The notes below the pieces were generated by a model. That model was not told the DNA's origin and searched no databases. It saw only the letters and a program-made list of their open reading frames with translations. Positions 50,726 through 63,819 of a stretch of DNA of 64,000 nt are shown here, piece after piece. A program made the position numbers and the translations under genes. The DNA lies in contig NC_057719.1 of assembly GCF_004010195.1 (NCBI RefSeq), forward strand, positions 27,005,323 through 27,069,322, read 5' to 3'. The DNA comes from Chiloscyllium plagiosum. Lineage: Eukaryota. The stretch's first letter is position 1; the number at the start of each line of letters is the position of its first letter.

Positions 50726-52084
50726 TAACTTACACTTAGTTGCTATGATGTGACAACCTACAATGCATTAAAGATAAAAGGCATTTTCTCATTAGACTAT
50801 AGGATAGTTCCCCTCTACCACACCAGATCAAGCAGGTCTTGTAGATCACTACCAGGGAAAGGGATCGTGGCAGCAAATCTATTAGATCTGCTCTTCACTA
50901 GGATTAGCTGTGATGATGATCCACCACACAGCATGGTGGCATCCGTCTGATTATTTAGCCTTAAAGCTAGATAGCAAGCAGTGCGGGTCTGAAGAGCCTT
51001 CAGAAACAGCTATGAGAGGGTTGGTGGTGTGACATATAACAGTTAAAAAACCCAAAATGTTAATTTCTCTGCAGAAGTGAAAACCAGAACAAACTTCTGT
51101 ATGATGGAATCTACAATTGATCAGAAAAAATATTTCAGACCTGCAGGAGACATATTCAAGGCAAGGGTGAGCTAGAAACTTCATGGAGCTAGAACACTAG
51201 TCACGCCTGAATGGTTATAATTTGCTTTGGGTGCTAATAATCCAGGAACAGTCCTGAGTTGACATGTAGCCAGAGGGCAGATGGACATTTGAGGCTCCAT
51301 GGGTTGTTGAAATGCTTGATGGGCAACTGAAAACTCTAAAAACAAATGACACTTGGAAAACTGGATATAAACAAAGTACTGGCAGTTCAGACTGAGTGCT
51401 GCTACCTAGTGACAGAGCACAAGGAGGTATGACTACAGTGGAAAATCAGTGGGACATCAGGGGCCAGAGTGGAAATTTGAAGTAAAGCTACAGACTCAGG
51501 AAATCTTAAAGCCAGAATTAAACCAATAAAGGGGAAATTTAAAAGCCTGAGCAAACAAAGTCTGATGAAATAAGAAAGTTTGGAGTTCATTGAGCCTGCA
51601 GGAAAGGTTGGAAATCTTTTACTTAAAGCTGTGGTTAAAACTGCAGACATTAGGACTTATTCAGGGAAAGAAAAACATTAAAGCAATGGGAATTATTATT
51701 TCACTACAGACAGTGCAAATCATTTCACAAAACGCACGAACAGAACTGGATTTGTCTTATAAAGACCCGGTGAGTAGGTTTCATTCACAACAGCCATTAA
51801 AAGAACAGGAATCATTTATTAAAGCCATAGGCCATGGAATTCATTTGGTACAACCAAAGTGATCAAGAATGTTTATTAAAGTAATAATTAGCAGGATTAA
51901 TTTAAGAAAAGCTGCAAATAAAAATGGGAATAATCCATTTTAGTCAGAATAAGCAGAAACTTTCCTATTTAACTGCAAAATGATAGCACTACACAGTAAC
52001 AGCAGCACTACACAGTAACAGCAAGGCAATACTGCAGAATTAATAACTCTTAAAGCAAGCAGAATAAATAATTATATTTGAATG

Positions 52085-53110
52085 ATATGGCAGCAGGAAT
52101 AAGATTTTAATTTTAAGTAATATTATCAAAGCACATAATTCAAGAAAACTATTCTTGAGTTACAGAATTGTTTCCAAACAGGATAATAAGTCAGAAACTG
52201 GACAAATTAATACAGTTTTATATTCAATTTGGATTATAGCTTGTGATGTGGTAGCTTCCTTCTTTTAAACCTTTAAGAATACCTATTTATATCTGTACTT
52301 TTGATGAAGTTCTGTAATGTTTGATGATTATTTTAACCTCCCCGCAAATAAAATTATTAAATGAGCAAGATCATTCTCTGAAAATTATCTCTAAACATGT
52401 AGAAAATGCAACTCTAGATCTGTAAAGTTAGAATTCATAAGAGACAGAATTGTTGGAATTGCTGAAGAGTCTTTGTCAGATTTATTTTTGCCCAAAGATG
52501 ATTTGCATTTTGATGAAAGCCATTCAGATGGTGAATGAAGCAGAAATCTGGAAGCAACACAGGTCAGTCCTAAGAAGGGACATATGACTTTAATGCCGGA
52601 GATTAGCATAATCCATTCAGTTCTCTAAGTACAGATGGCATGGTGGCACAGTGGTTAGCACTGCTGCCTCACAGCGCCAGAGACCCAGGTTCAATTCCCG
52701 CCTCAAGCAACTGTCTGTGTGGAGTTTGCACATTCTCCCCGTGTCTGCATGGGTTTCCTCTGGGTGCTCCGGTTTTCTCCCACAGTCCAAAAATGTGCAG
52801 GTTAAGTGAATTGACCATGCTAAATTGCCCCGTAGTAAATATAGGGGAATGGGTCTGAGTGGTTTGCTCTTCGGATGGTTGGTGTGGACTTGTTGGGCCG
52901 CAGGGCCTGTTTCCACACTGTAAGTAATCTAATCTAAGTACAAATACCTAAAGAGATACATGAGAAGCCAATACAGCAAATCACAGATAATAAGAGTTAC
53001 ATTCATTGCTGTGGTGAAAGGAACCTTCACAAGCATTAGTATTGCCCAGCCATAAAAAAGAATACTTTATACGTAAAGAAAAAAACAATTTTAGAAATGT
53101 GCCAAATTAG
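52085..53110 (+). mobile_element. Old Ty3/Gypsy gag remnant interrupted by an HE1 SINE
   Basis: Frames give FLSYRIVSKQDNKSETGQINTVLYSI, EFIRDRIVGIAEESLSD and a Cys/His knuckle (HCCG...H...CPA). Confidence 0.7.
52634..52932 (+). mobile_element. HE1 V-SINE with 10-bp TSD
   Basis: tctaagtaca at 52624-52633 and 52933-52942. Confidence 0.93.
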
Positions 53111-53360
53111 CATACAGTCACGGAGCAACAAAAACTCAAATAGCTCCTCATTGAAAGAAATCTGTGATAGTTCAGGTTACTAACTGTAACTGTTGAAGGA
53201 CAATGAAGGCATGTTGTTGAAAAGGGCTGTAAAGGTCTGAAAATGTTCATGCTGAAGAGAGCATTAAGCACTACCTGATGCCATGTGGACTTGAGCAGGG
53301 AACAGCTTTGGGGCTCAATCTTTCACTGTCTTAATAACAAGATCTAAGTTATGTAAGGAT

Positions 53361-53659
53361 GCAGTGGTGGCTCAGTGGTTAGCCCAGCTGCCTCACAGCG
53401 TCAGAGACCCAGGTTCAATTCCCACCTTGTGCGACTGTGTGGAGTTTGCACATTCTCCCTGTGTCTGTGTGGGTTTCCTCCTGGTGCTCCAGTTTCCTCA
53501 CACAATCCAAAGATATGCAAGCCAGGTGAAGTGGCCATGCTAAATTGCCTGTAATGTTTGGTGCGTTAGTCAGGGGAATGGGTCTGGGCGGGTTACTCTT
53601 TGGAGGGTCGGTGTGGACTTGTTGGGAAGGCCTGTTTCCATACTGTTGGGAATCTAATC
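53361..53659 (+). mobile_element. HE1 V-SINE
   Basis: Head, V-domain and tail present. Confidence 0.9.
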
Positions 53660-54084
53660 AAGTTGTACCTAGTTCCTATCATGCAATGAACTACATCTTC
53701 TTTAAGACAAGCACCACTTCTTGGTGGATAATAAGGTAGTTTTCCTCTACCATACTAGACCAAGCAAATCCTGTAGATGTCACCAGAATAGAGAATGATA
53801 TCAGAAAATCTGGCTGATATCTTCTTCACCAAGGTGAACTCTGATGAGGATCCATCTTACAACAGATACGATTACAAGAATCTGAGGAGAAATTGCTAGA
53901 GGGATCCACCGATATTACAAGCTGCACCAGGGATCAGAAAGTGAAGGCAGCCCTCTGAAAGAATCTGAATATTAACAGGCACTTCACTAAGTCTAGATTG
54001 CAGAATGTTAGAAGCCAAGAGGGACCTAGACAGAGAAAGCCACACCTTCAGTGGAGTTGAATACTGAAAACATTGTATCCCAAT

Positions 54085-55510
54085 CTGACTTAGTCCCATT
54101 TGCCAGCATTTGGCCCATATCCTGTAAAAGCTTCCTATTCATATACCCATCCAGATCCTTTTAAATTGTATAATTGTACTTGCCTCCATCATTTCCTTTG
54201 GCAGCTCATTCCATACATCCACCACCCTCTGCTTGTAAGGTTGCCCCTCAGGTCCTTTTTTAAGTCTTTCTTCTCTCACCTTAAACCTATGCTGACCAGT
54301 TCTGGACTCCCCTACCCTATGAAAAGGACCCCATCCATACCCCTCATAATTTTATAAATCTCTATAAGGTCACCCCTCAGTCTTTGGTGCTCCAGGGAAA
54401 ATAGTCCTAGCCTGTTCAGCCTCTCCCTGTATCTCAAACCCTCCAGTTCTGGCAACATCCTTGTAAATCCTTTTTGCATCCTCTGAAGTTCAACAAGATA
54501 CTTTCTGTAGGAGGGAGACCAGAATCGCACGTAGTATTCTACAAGTGGTCTCACCAATGTCCTGTACAGCCATAACATGACATCCCAACTCCTATACTCA
54601 ATGTTCTAAACAATGAAGGCAAGAATGTCCAAGGTCTTCTTCACCACCCTATCAACTTATGACTCCACTTTCAAGGAGCTATACACCTGCTCCCCTAGGT
54701 AGAAAAAAGGACAATCCAGCACAGGATTAGGCCTTTGACCCTCCAAATCTGCATCACCACAAATTCCCCAGTACTAAAACTGTCTTCACTAACAGGGTCT
54801 GCATCCTTCTATTTGATTCCTATTCATGGATTCGTCCAAGTGCTTCTTCAATACTGTTATTGTGTCTACTTTCACCACCTCCTCTGTCAACGCATTCCTG
54901 GCACTCACCACCCTTTGTGTTAAATACCTGCCTCACATTCCTCTTTTAAGCTTCCCTCTCTCACCTTGAACCTGTGTCCCCTAGTAATTGACCTCTCCAC
55001 CTTGGGAAAAAAGCCTCAACAGCACCGATCCTTGTGGTACTCCACTGGTCACAGGCCTCCAGTCTGAAAAACAACCTTCCACGATCACCTTTGTGCCAGT
55101 TCTGTATTCAATGGCTAATTCTCCCTGTATTCCGTGAGATCTAACCTTGCTAATCAGTCTCCCATGAGGAACCTTGTTGAACGCCTTACCGAAGTCCAAA
55201 GAGATCACATTTACTGCTCTGCTCTCATCAATCTTCTTTGTTACTTCCTCAAAAAACTCAATCAAGTTTGTGAGACATGATTTCCCACGCACAAAGCTAT
55301 GTTGACTATCCTTAATCAGTCCTTGCCTTTCCAAATACATGTAAAACCTGTCCCTCAGGATTCCCTCCAACAACTTGCCCACCACCGACGTCAGGCTCAC
55401 TGGTCTATAGTTCCCTGGCTTGTCCTTACCACCCTTCTTAAACAGTGGCAGCACGTTAGCCAACCTCCAGTCTTCCGGTACCTCACCTGTGACTATTGAT
55501 GATACAAATC
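54085..55510 (-). mobile_element. Cluster of CR1 fragments (3' pieces ~54085-54700 and ~54705-55015; RT piece ~55018-55510)
   Basis: ORFs 54312-54578 and 54981-55463 (GNYRPVSLTSVVGK, QHSFVRGKSCLTNL, LDFGKAFNKVPH). Confidence 0.88.
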
Positions 55511-56409
55511 AAATGGGATTTTGTCAAGGTACTGACACCCATATGTAAAAGTGTGAATGTGTAACATCAAAATTAGAGCATAGGAGATGTATTTAAAGAA
55601 AGAGGTGTGTAACCAGCCATCTTTTACTGTAGAGACACTAACACAAACAGACTTGCAGAATGCAACTCCTACCTGCACCAACACATTCAGGGAAGGGCAC
55701 CAGCCACTTGGTTCCAACAGCACTGTTCAATTTCCAGCAGCAAGTGTAGCACAGGAAAGCGATGCAACTGATTCTCTGACCCATAGTCCCATCAATAACG
55801 GTTTACTGATAGCTTGTGCGAGGTTAGTAAGTCTAACCTTTCATATCAGGTCAACCTGAATACAGGAAAAGATTCATTGGCACCATCCCTAAACATACCC
55901 TTACCGCCGTACAGGACAACACTCATTCAATGCCCAGCTGTTTTCTACTTGCTGCAATTTCATTGCAGTTTCTCAAAGACTGATGTTGAATAATAGACAG
56001 CCTTCCCCTTTAAGTTCATGCCTCCTGGCAACTGGATGCACAAACTCAGTTTGTTTTGGCATTGTCCGGGGCTACAAGGGTACTTAGCTGCTGCAGGGAA
56101 GGAGTTCGATCGAGCTCGGTTTCTGGACCATGGCAAATGCAGTGTCTTATCTTAAAGTACGTCTTTAGTCCGCTCTGCTTGTTAGCATTATTCTTTTAAG
56201 CTTCTCTTTGTTCATTGCGACAAAAAATTTCTGTGTTTGCTTATTTATTCACTCCTTTATTCCTGGCCACAATGGCATTGGGCAAGTTATATGAACCATT
56301 TCTGGAAGTTACAAGTGTACAGATTTCAGACCACTGGGTCTAACCTTTATTAATATACAGCTATAAATTGGTGATCCTGTACCCCTTGTCCAATTCGATC
56401 TTAAAGAAT

Positions 56410-57008
56410 TTTACATAGAAATCTCCTTACAAGTTTGTTTCTCAATTTCCCTCTGACGATTAGGGGGTCTATAATACAATCCCAATAAGGTGATCACCCC
56501 TTTCTTATTTCTCAGTTCCACCCAAATAATTTCCCTGGATGTATTTCCAGGAATATCCTCCCTCAGCACAGCTGTAATGCTATCCCTTATCAAAAATGCC
56601 ACCTCCTCCCTTACCTCCCTTTCAATCCTTCCTGTAGCATTTGTTTCCTGGAACATTAAGCTGCCAGTCCGGCCCATCCCTGAGCCATGTTTCTGTAATT
56701 GCTATGATATCCCAGTCCCATGATCCTAACCATGCCCGAAGTTCATCTGCCTTCACTGTTAGGCCCCTTGCATTGAAATAAATGCAGTTTAATTTATTAG
56801 TCCTACCTTGTCCCTGCCTGCCCTGACTATTTGACTCGCTTCTTTTCTCAAAAGTACCAGTCTCAGATTGGTCTCTTTCCTCACTATCTCCCTGGGTCTC
56901 CCTCCCCCCACCGCCCCCATATCACATACTGTTTCTGTTGCAAATTCCTCATAGCTTCTAACCGATCCATTTGATCTGATAAGATTTGCAGCCAGCAGCA
57001 TTTATGGC
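56410..57008 (-). mobile_element. HER1/CR1 5' fragment with internal ORF1 deletion (ORF1 pieces + APE N-terminus)
   Basis: Homologous to ~39350-39440 joined to ~40200-40620; ORF 56411-56677 has LLGLYYRPPN. Confidence 0.85.
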
Positions 57009-57205
57009 TGATCAAAGTCATCAATGTATCCACACAATTGGGTAACCTGGCAATGACCTTATTAGTCAGTCTCGGAAATGTGGCTGGAGCATTTTCCAGA
57101 CCAAATGGCATGACTTTGAATTGATATAGTCAATTTGGCATTAAGAAAGCAGAAATTGCCTTTGCTCTCTCTGACAGAGGTACTGTCAGTAGCATCTGAG
57201 CAAGT

Positions 57206-57519
57206 GGGCGGCACGGTGGCACAGTGGTTAGCACTGTTGCCTCGCAGCGCCTGAGACCCGGGTTCAATTCCCGCCTCAGGCGACTGACTGTGTGGAGTTT
57301 GCACGTTCTCCCCGTGTCTGCGTGGGTTTCCTCCGGGTGCTCCGGTTTCCTCCCACAGTCCAAAGATGTGCAGGGTCAGGTGAATTGGCCATACTAAATT
57401 GCCCGTAGTATTAGGTAAGGGGTAAATGTAGGGGTATGGGTGGGTTCGCTTCGGCGGGTCGGTGTGGACTTGTTGGGCCGAAGGGCCTGTTTCCACACTG
57501 TAATGTAATCTACTCTAAT
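57206..57519 (+). mobile_element. Young-looking (CpG-rich) HE1 V-SINE inserted in the Gmr1-like RT, 5-bp TSD
   Basis: caagt at 57201-57205 and 57520-57524; removing it restores KLDLLRCY*QYPLSERAK...YQFKVMPFGL. Confidence 0.93.
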
Positions 57520-60500
57520 CAAGTCCAACTTCGAAATATATGCTGCTTGTCCCACTTTTTCGACACAGTCCTCCAACCGTGGAATTGGGTATGCATCAGT
57601 CTTTGTAACGGCGTTGACTTTGCGATAGTCCACACATAATTGTTGGGTATCATCTGGCTTTGGCACCATGACTATGGGTGAGCTCCAGATACTGTAACTC
57701 ACTTCGATTATGCCATCTTGAATCATGCGCTCTATCTCCTTCTGAACCTGTGCCAAAATTAGAGGGTTATGCCTATAAGCAAGTTGCTTAATTGCAACAG
57801 CATCTCCTATCTCTACATCATCACAATTAGTTTAGTACTTACCAGTTTATTTCCGCATATCTCTCAATGTGATAATAACTCTTTCAGGACATTTTGATTT
57901 TCTTGTGGAAGGTAGCTCAATAATTTATCCCAATTTTTGACAACTTCCTCATTGTCCAATTTGATTTGAGGACTGTCCAATTCAGAATCCTCTGAACTTG
58001 GTTCTTCCTCCTGTGTTTAATCATTAACACCGTCTCCTCTTGCTTTCCTTCCCTATCAAAATACCTTTTGAGCATACTCACATGACACACTCTCTGAGAT
58101 TTCTTCCTGTCTGGAGTCCTTATCAAGTAGTTCACCTCACTCAATTTCCTCTCAATTTGATAAGGTCCACTAAACCTGGCTTTTAAAAGCTCATCTGTTA
58201 CTGGAAGCAGCAACAGTACCTTACTGCCAATTGCAAAATTGCGAATTTGTATTTTGTTATACGCTTCCTGTTTCATTGTATGCTGTGATACTTTCAAATG
58301 CTGTTTAGCCAACTCTCCAGCTCTATTTAATCGTTTTCTAAAATTTGACACATCGTTCAAATAGGTGGTCTCTGAAATCTGACATATTAATTTCTCCTTA
58401 ATCAATTTTAATGGTCCTCTTACTTTATGCCCAAAAATTAATTAAATTGGACTGAATTTGGTCAATTCATTTGGTGCATCTCTGTTTGCAATCATCTGGA
58501 TAATCCTGACCATAAGCCCTCAACATGGTTTTTAGTGTTTGATACCATCTCTCTAGCGCTCCCTGTGATTCTGGATGGTACGCAGTAAATTTGAATTGCT
58601 TTATTTCCAAGTTATCCATATCCTCCTTGAATAGTTTGGAAATGAAGTTTGATCCTTAATCTGACTGGATCTCTATTGGTAGTCTGCATTTAGTAAAAAA
58701 ATTAAGTAATTCTTCTACAATCCTTTTTTGCTGTGATGTTGCATAATAGGATTGCCTCTGGAAATTTAGTCGACACATCCATTATTGTTAATAAATATTT
58801 ATTTCCAATTTTGTTTGAGGTGGGAACCTCAATCAAGACTTGTGAAAGGTTCCTCAAATGCTGGAATAGGTATTAAAGGTGCAGGTTTTATTACTGCCTG
58901 TCGTTTTCCGATTACCTGATATGTATGACACATCTGGCAAAATTCAACTACATCCTTGTGTAGTCCAGGCCCAGTAAAAACGTCTTTGTATTTTAGCCTA
59001 TGTTTTCCTCACCCCTAAATGATCTCCAATTGGTAGCTCATGCATGACTTGTAGCACCTCCTTTCTATACCCTACTGGCAAAACAACTTGATGAATCTCT
59101 GCCCATTTCTCATCTGCTTGAATGTATGAGCGTCTCCATTTCCTCATTAAAACATCATTTATTAAGTAATAGCACACACGAATGCATTCACTTTCTTTCT
59201 CAGTAAATGCCTTTTGATATAACTGTTTTAACTCCTCATCTTTCTGTTTTAATTCAATCACTTTAGCAGAGCTAAAAAATACTGGAATGTTTACTTATTT
59301 GCCCCTTCTCTGTTCCACTTATCTGATCAAAGAAAGTTTCGGATAACACTATGTCAGCTTCCTTATCTGTGCCTTTTGATCCCTCCTACTTCAACTTGTG
59401 CCTCTGTGATCTTGTGATCACACAATCAGGGAAAACTCTTGGATAAACATTCTTCATTTCTTCAGTGGCTGTGTCTCCACGGGCTTTTCAACTAGAGTAG
59501 GCAGCACGCCTACCAGTGAATCAGCTATATCATTTGCAAAGACAAATTGTATTCTTGGAGCTGAGAGTTTGTCCAGTATGCCTTCCACAAATTCTCCACT
59601 CTTCTCTGGACTCTCTAGCCTCACTTTATATAATTGAGCACTTTTGTCTCACCATAAATTCCTGTTACCAGTACCTTCTCTGGCAATAGCCCCTCAGAAG
59701 TGCATATCTCCTCATCCTTCATCCTTAAGAGGATCCTGTGTCCCTTAATATTGTAACCTCCTTATCTACTGCTCCTGACCTATGTGAATAAACTTTACCC
59801 TTGCATATATATATATTTTTTTAAGCAGATTTGGCACTTGATCCTTAATCAACCTCTGATCACCTTCTATGCTCTGAGGCAGTTGTCTAACTTCTCTGTG
59901 CTTTTTGTTACTAGTCCAACAAAACTTCCACGCTTGTCTGGTTTTCCTACACCTGGCTTTCTCCTAGCCCACCAACACTGTGATTTTTGTGTGGCTCACT
60001 TTATTACAGTGAAATCACTGGAGATTTTTAACTTCTTTGCTCCCTCAAGGGGTTTTTTCTACCCTGTGGTAAGTTATCCTTATGATCTTCACTGAGATCT
60101 ACCTTTCCCTTTCCACATAAGGGTTTCTCTTTGCCCCAATTCCTATCCCTCATGGACTGAAATTGATTCTGAAAGCCAGACCTGGTTTAATGGATCAGCT
60201 CATAATCATCAGCCACTTCAGCTGCTAACCTTGCTGTTTTAACTCAATGCTCTCCCACATGAGCTTGCACTGCTTCCTCATTAAGATTACCTTCAGCCTT
60301 TATCTCCAGCCTTTTAAGCTGACTTCCTTTTTTAAGTGTCAGTTTTTGAAGTTCAAAAGCTCACTCTTTTTCTTTCTTTGCTCTCTCTGTTCTGCTTTTA
60401 GTCTTAACTCAAGCTGTTTCATTTCTGCTGCCCTTCTCTCTCACCTCTGCTTCATTTGCAATTGAATTCTTGTCATCTCTATAGATTCAGATGGTTTCTC

Positions 60501-60743
60501 CAGCAAGTTTGAAAGATGAGCTACTGCTGCAATTGTCTCTCCTTTCCCCACAGAATCAAGCAGTTCCAATTCCAGCTTCTCTGCTAATTCTTGCAACTTG
60601 GTCTTATTCACTTTTTGCAAGACTGCCAAAGTCACCAGAAAACCTTTGGTGACTGAAAGAGCCATTTCTATTCCAAGCTTTGTCTACCCAACCAAACCAA
60701 CACCTGAAATAAAGACACTAGCACCTATCACTCACTGTTTAAA

Positions 60744-60761
60744 ATCTGGGACGAGCCCCCA
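60744..60761 (-). promoter_or_regulatory. Primer-binding site, tRNA-Pro type
   Basis: tgggggctcgtcccagat, 16/18 match to the canonical PBS-Pro TGGGGGCTCGTCCGGGAT, 3 nt from the LTR end. Confidence 0.85.
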
Positions 60762-61411
60762 ACCTGTTATGGACCAATCCAGACCATTCAAAACATGCTT
60801 AAGCAGACAGCTCAGACCATAACTTGGCAATTTGTTTTGGTACATGTACAGTGAAAATTACCCAGAGTAAGTTAGCTAGGTTGACGACTAGATTTTAAAA
60901 CAGACAAAAATGTATTCACAAAATTACACAATGAAACACAAAGGACAGAATAAAGAACCACGACAGAACTCATCCTATCCAACTAAACTTAATTATGCTG
61001 TTCCGAATATTCACAATAGTCCCAATAAGCAAACTCCCTTTAAAAACCAGTGTAAGTGGAACACATGTCTATAGGTTGAAATTGAAGGACAGGAAAGAGA
61101 GAGGTTCCATAAAGCTCCCTGTTGAGTTTCCAACCAGCTCACGACTGAACTAAAACTGCTCAGCTCAGTTAGAGAGCTGACCATTCCCCCTTTCATTATA
61201 CAGGTCACTTCTAAAACATGACCACTTTGGCCTGAAGTCTCATCTGCTTACATATAAACAAAAGGTCTCTCATAATCCTTTTCATCTCTGTACCAAAGCA
61301 GACTGATCGGAACCTGGTCCGCTTTATTGCCCCTCTGAAAAAAAAATCAAGGACAAAGTACCCTTGAGCCAAGGAACAGCTTTTAGAAAAAAAAGGACTA
61401 GCTTTGTGCCA

Positions 61412-61975
61412 GTATCCTCTGACAATCTTCCTCACTATCCACAAATCCATCAATCCTTGCATTGTCTGCTAATTAAACCAGCTATGTTTTCCTCCAAATC
61501 ATTTATGTCAAGCACTGATCCCTGTGGAACACCACTCGTCACTGCCCTCCATTCTGAAAAGCATCCTTTCACCGCTACCCTCTGTCTCCTGTGACTAAGC
61601 CAGTTCTGTATTCATCTTGCTGGCTCACCCCTGATACCATGTGATTTGACCTTTTATACCAGTCTGCCATGAGGGACCTTGTCAAAGGCTTTACTGAAGT
61701 CCAAATAGGCAACATCAACCAGTTCTCCCTCATTAATCATCTTCGTCACCTCCTTGATCGAATTACTGAGGCACAACTTCACCTGAACAAAACCATGCTG
61801 CCTATCGCTAATAAGTCCATTTGCTTTTAAATACGTAGAATTCTTGGTCCTTGAGAATCTTATCCAACCATTTCCCTCCTATTGAGACTCACAGACCTGT
61901 CATTTCTAGGATTATCCCTGCTACTCTTCTTAAACAATGGGGCAACATTGGCTATTCTCCACTCCTTTGGGAATA
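61412..61975 (-). mobile_element. CR1 RT fragment
   Basis: gcactgatccctgtggaacaccactcgtcac is antisense [10 protein letters not shown]; gggaccttgtcaaaggc is antisense AFDKVP. Confidence 0.85.
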
Positions 61976-62601
61976 GCCAATGATGAACAAGAAGTTTACT
62001 AACATGACAGATTCAGAGGATTATTTGCTGCACAGCATTTTGGACCCTGGGGGTGGTTTGCAGATCTTCTCCTAAATGCAGTTTTTCTTTTGTTATTGTC
62101 AGTCATATTTCCATTCATGTAGGTGTGAGGTTAAGATACTGACAGTAGTTAGTTAGTTAGATCTAGATATTGCCAACATTTTAGGTAAATGTTAGGTCTG
62201 CAACTATTTCAAGCTAAATGCAGAAATAGTTTCGTTGGCAATGATCACAGAGTTGGGAATCCTTGTTAGCACTTTAAGATTGACTCATTTTGAACATTAG
62301 GCCAGAAAGAGAGAAAACAATTTAAGGAATTTACAGAGGCAGCCTTAGGAACAACAATTAAGAGTCAACCAGATCAGCATTCTTGACTTATTTTATTCTT
62401 TTATAAGATCTGAGATTGACTGTCAAGGCCATTTGCTACACTTCCACAATTGCCTTTGAGAACATTCTGCAGGTCTCTCTTGTCTTTGTTCTCGGGCAGC
62501 TCGGCTGCAGTGGAACCATCAGCATTGGCAATAGCAACGAGTGTGGCTGAATGACCAATTCATGCTGCTGATTCATATGGTCACATATTCATGTGTTTAA
62601 T

Positions 62602-62890
62602 GGTTGGCACAGTGGCTCAGTGGTTAGCATGACTGCCTCAGTGTTAGGGACCCAGGTTTAATTTCATCCTCGGACAATTGTCTGTGTGGAGTTTGCATAT
62701 TTTCCCCCTATCTGTGTGGGTTCTTCGAGGTTCCCCAGTTTCCTCCCACAGTCCAAAGATGTGCAGGTTAGGTGGATTAGTCATGGGATATGCAGGGTTA
62801 CAGGGGTAGAGTAAGGGGATGGATCTAGGTGAGGGTAGGTCTGGACCCCATGGGCCAGATGGCCTGCTTCCACACTGTAGGGATTCTGTG
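62602..62890 (+). mobile_element. HE1 V-SINE
   Basis: Head, V-domain and tail ccacactgtagggattctgtg. Confidence 0.88.
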
Positions 62891-63019
62891 AACATGATTA
62901 GATATGCCTGGTAAGGCCAGTGAAAGAGACCGGCAGTGAATCCCCACAGTGAGAAGAGAGCCACAGAAGTCGAAGTACCAGGTTGAAAACCTGAGGAGAA
63001 CCAAAGTGAATCCCTAAGT

Positions 63020-63305
63020 ATTATTTTTTCCCCTCTTGTTGGAGAATCTAGAACTGGGAGTCATTGTTTAAAACTAAATGGTCACCTATCTAAGACAGAG
63101 ATGAGGCAAAAATAAAACGTGCTCAGAGGATCATTGAGTGGAAGCTGAGTCTTTGAATAGTTTAAGGCAAAAGTTTATATACTTTTGGTGAGCAAAGGGG
63201 TGAAAAGATATTTGAATTAAATGGAGTGTAGAGTAATCAGATCAGCAATGATTTTCATGAATGGCAAAGTGGATTGGAAGGGGATGGGTCACCTATTCTG
63301 GCTCC
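63020..63305 (+). mobile_element. Degraded CR1 3' end
   Basis: ggagaatctagaactggg, taagacagagatgagg, cagatcagcaatgat. Confidence 0.65.
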
Positions 63306-63819
63306 TGATTCAGGAGAGTTTTTGATACATTTAGTTTGGATTCTGTAACAGTGAAGAAGCCCCCAGGATGCTGTAATACATTGGACAACTCTCGACTGGT
63401 AACAAAATATTCTGTTGGGATATTTGGGCTTAAATAATAAGATTTATAAAAAGTTAGAAGTACTTTATTTGTTCCATACTTGAAGGATAAAATGTTTTGT
63501 TTAACACATAAAATCATTTTTATGTTCCTTTTTACTTACAGTTTAAAAAAAAGCTGGGAGGTCAAATTTTCTTTTAAAACTTCACGTTCTCTCTCAAGAT
63601 CATAACAGGTACCATAACCTCCAGTGAAGTTGCTTGATATTAGTATTGAAAGCTGGTGGAAGAAGAGAATTCTTTAACAGTTGTGAGAAGAGAGAATAAA
63701 ATTCACAGTTATCCTGACTATACTCAGATAAAGCAGGGAAGCATTTTAGAGGAGCAGAACCCATTAACAGAGTTTCAAAGAGAAGATCTTCACAACTGTT
63801 CCATGAATTAACACTTTCC

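Larger units (their letters stand above)
57010..61411 (-). mobile_element. Gmr1-like Gypsy LTR retrotransposon (gag-PR-INT-RT order), 3'-truncated
   Basis: 5' LTR 61411-60765; PBS tgggggctcgtcccagat; gag from 60665; integrase ORFs 58998-59261 (LQVMHELPIGDHLGVRKT) and 57917-58405 (GPY motif); RT 57394-57756 (WSSPIVMVPK...LCVDYRKVN) and MPFGLENAPATF. Confidence 0.9.

Noticed and set aside
51575..51720. Frame LLLKAVVKTADIRTYSGKEK faintly resembling an OB-fold/RPA segment
   Set aside because: Too short and bounded by stops to support a call.
51985..52022. 19-bp direct repeat agcactacacagtaacagc x2
   Set aside because: Simple local duplication with no spacer structure; nothing CRISPR-like.
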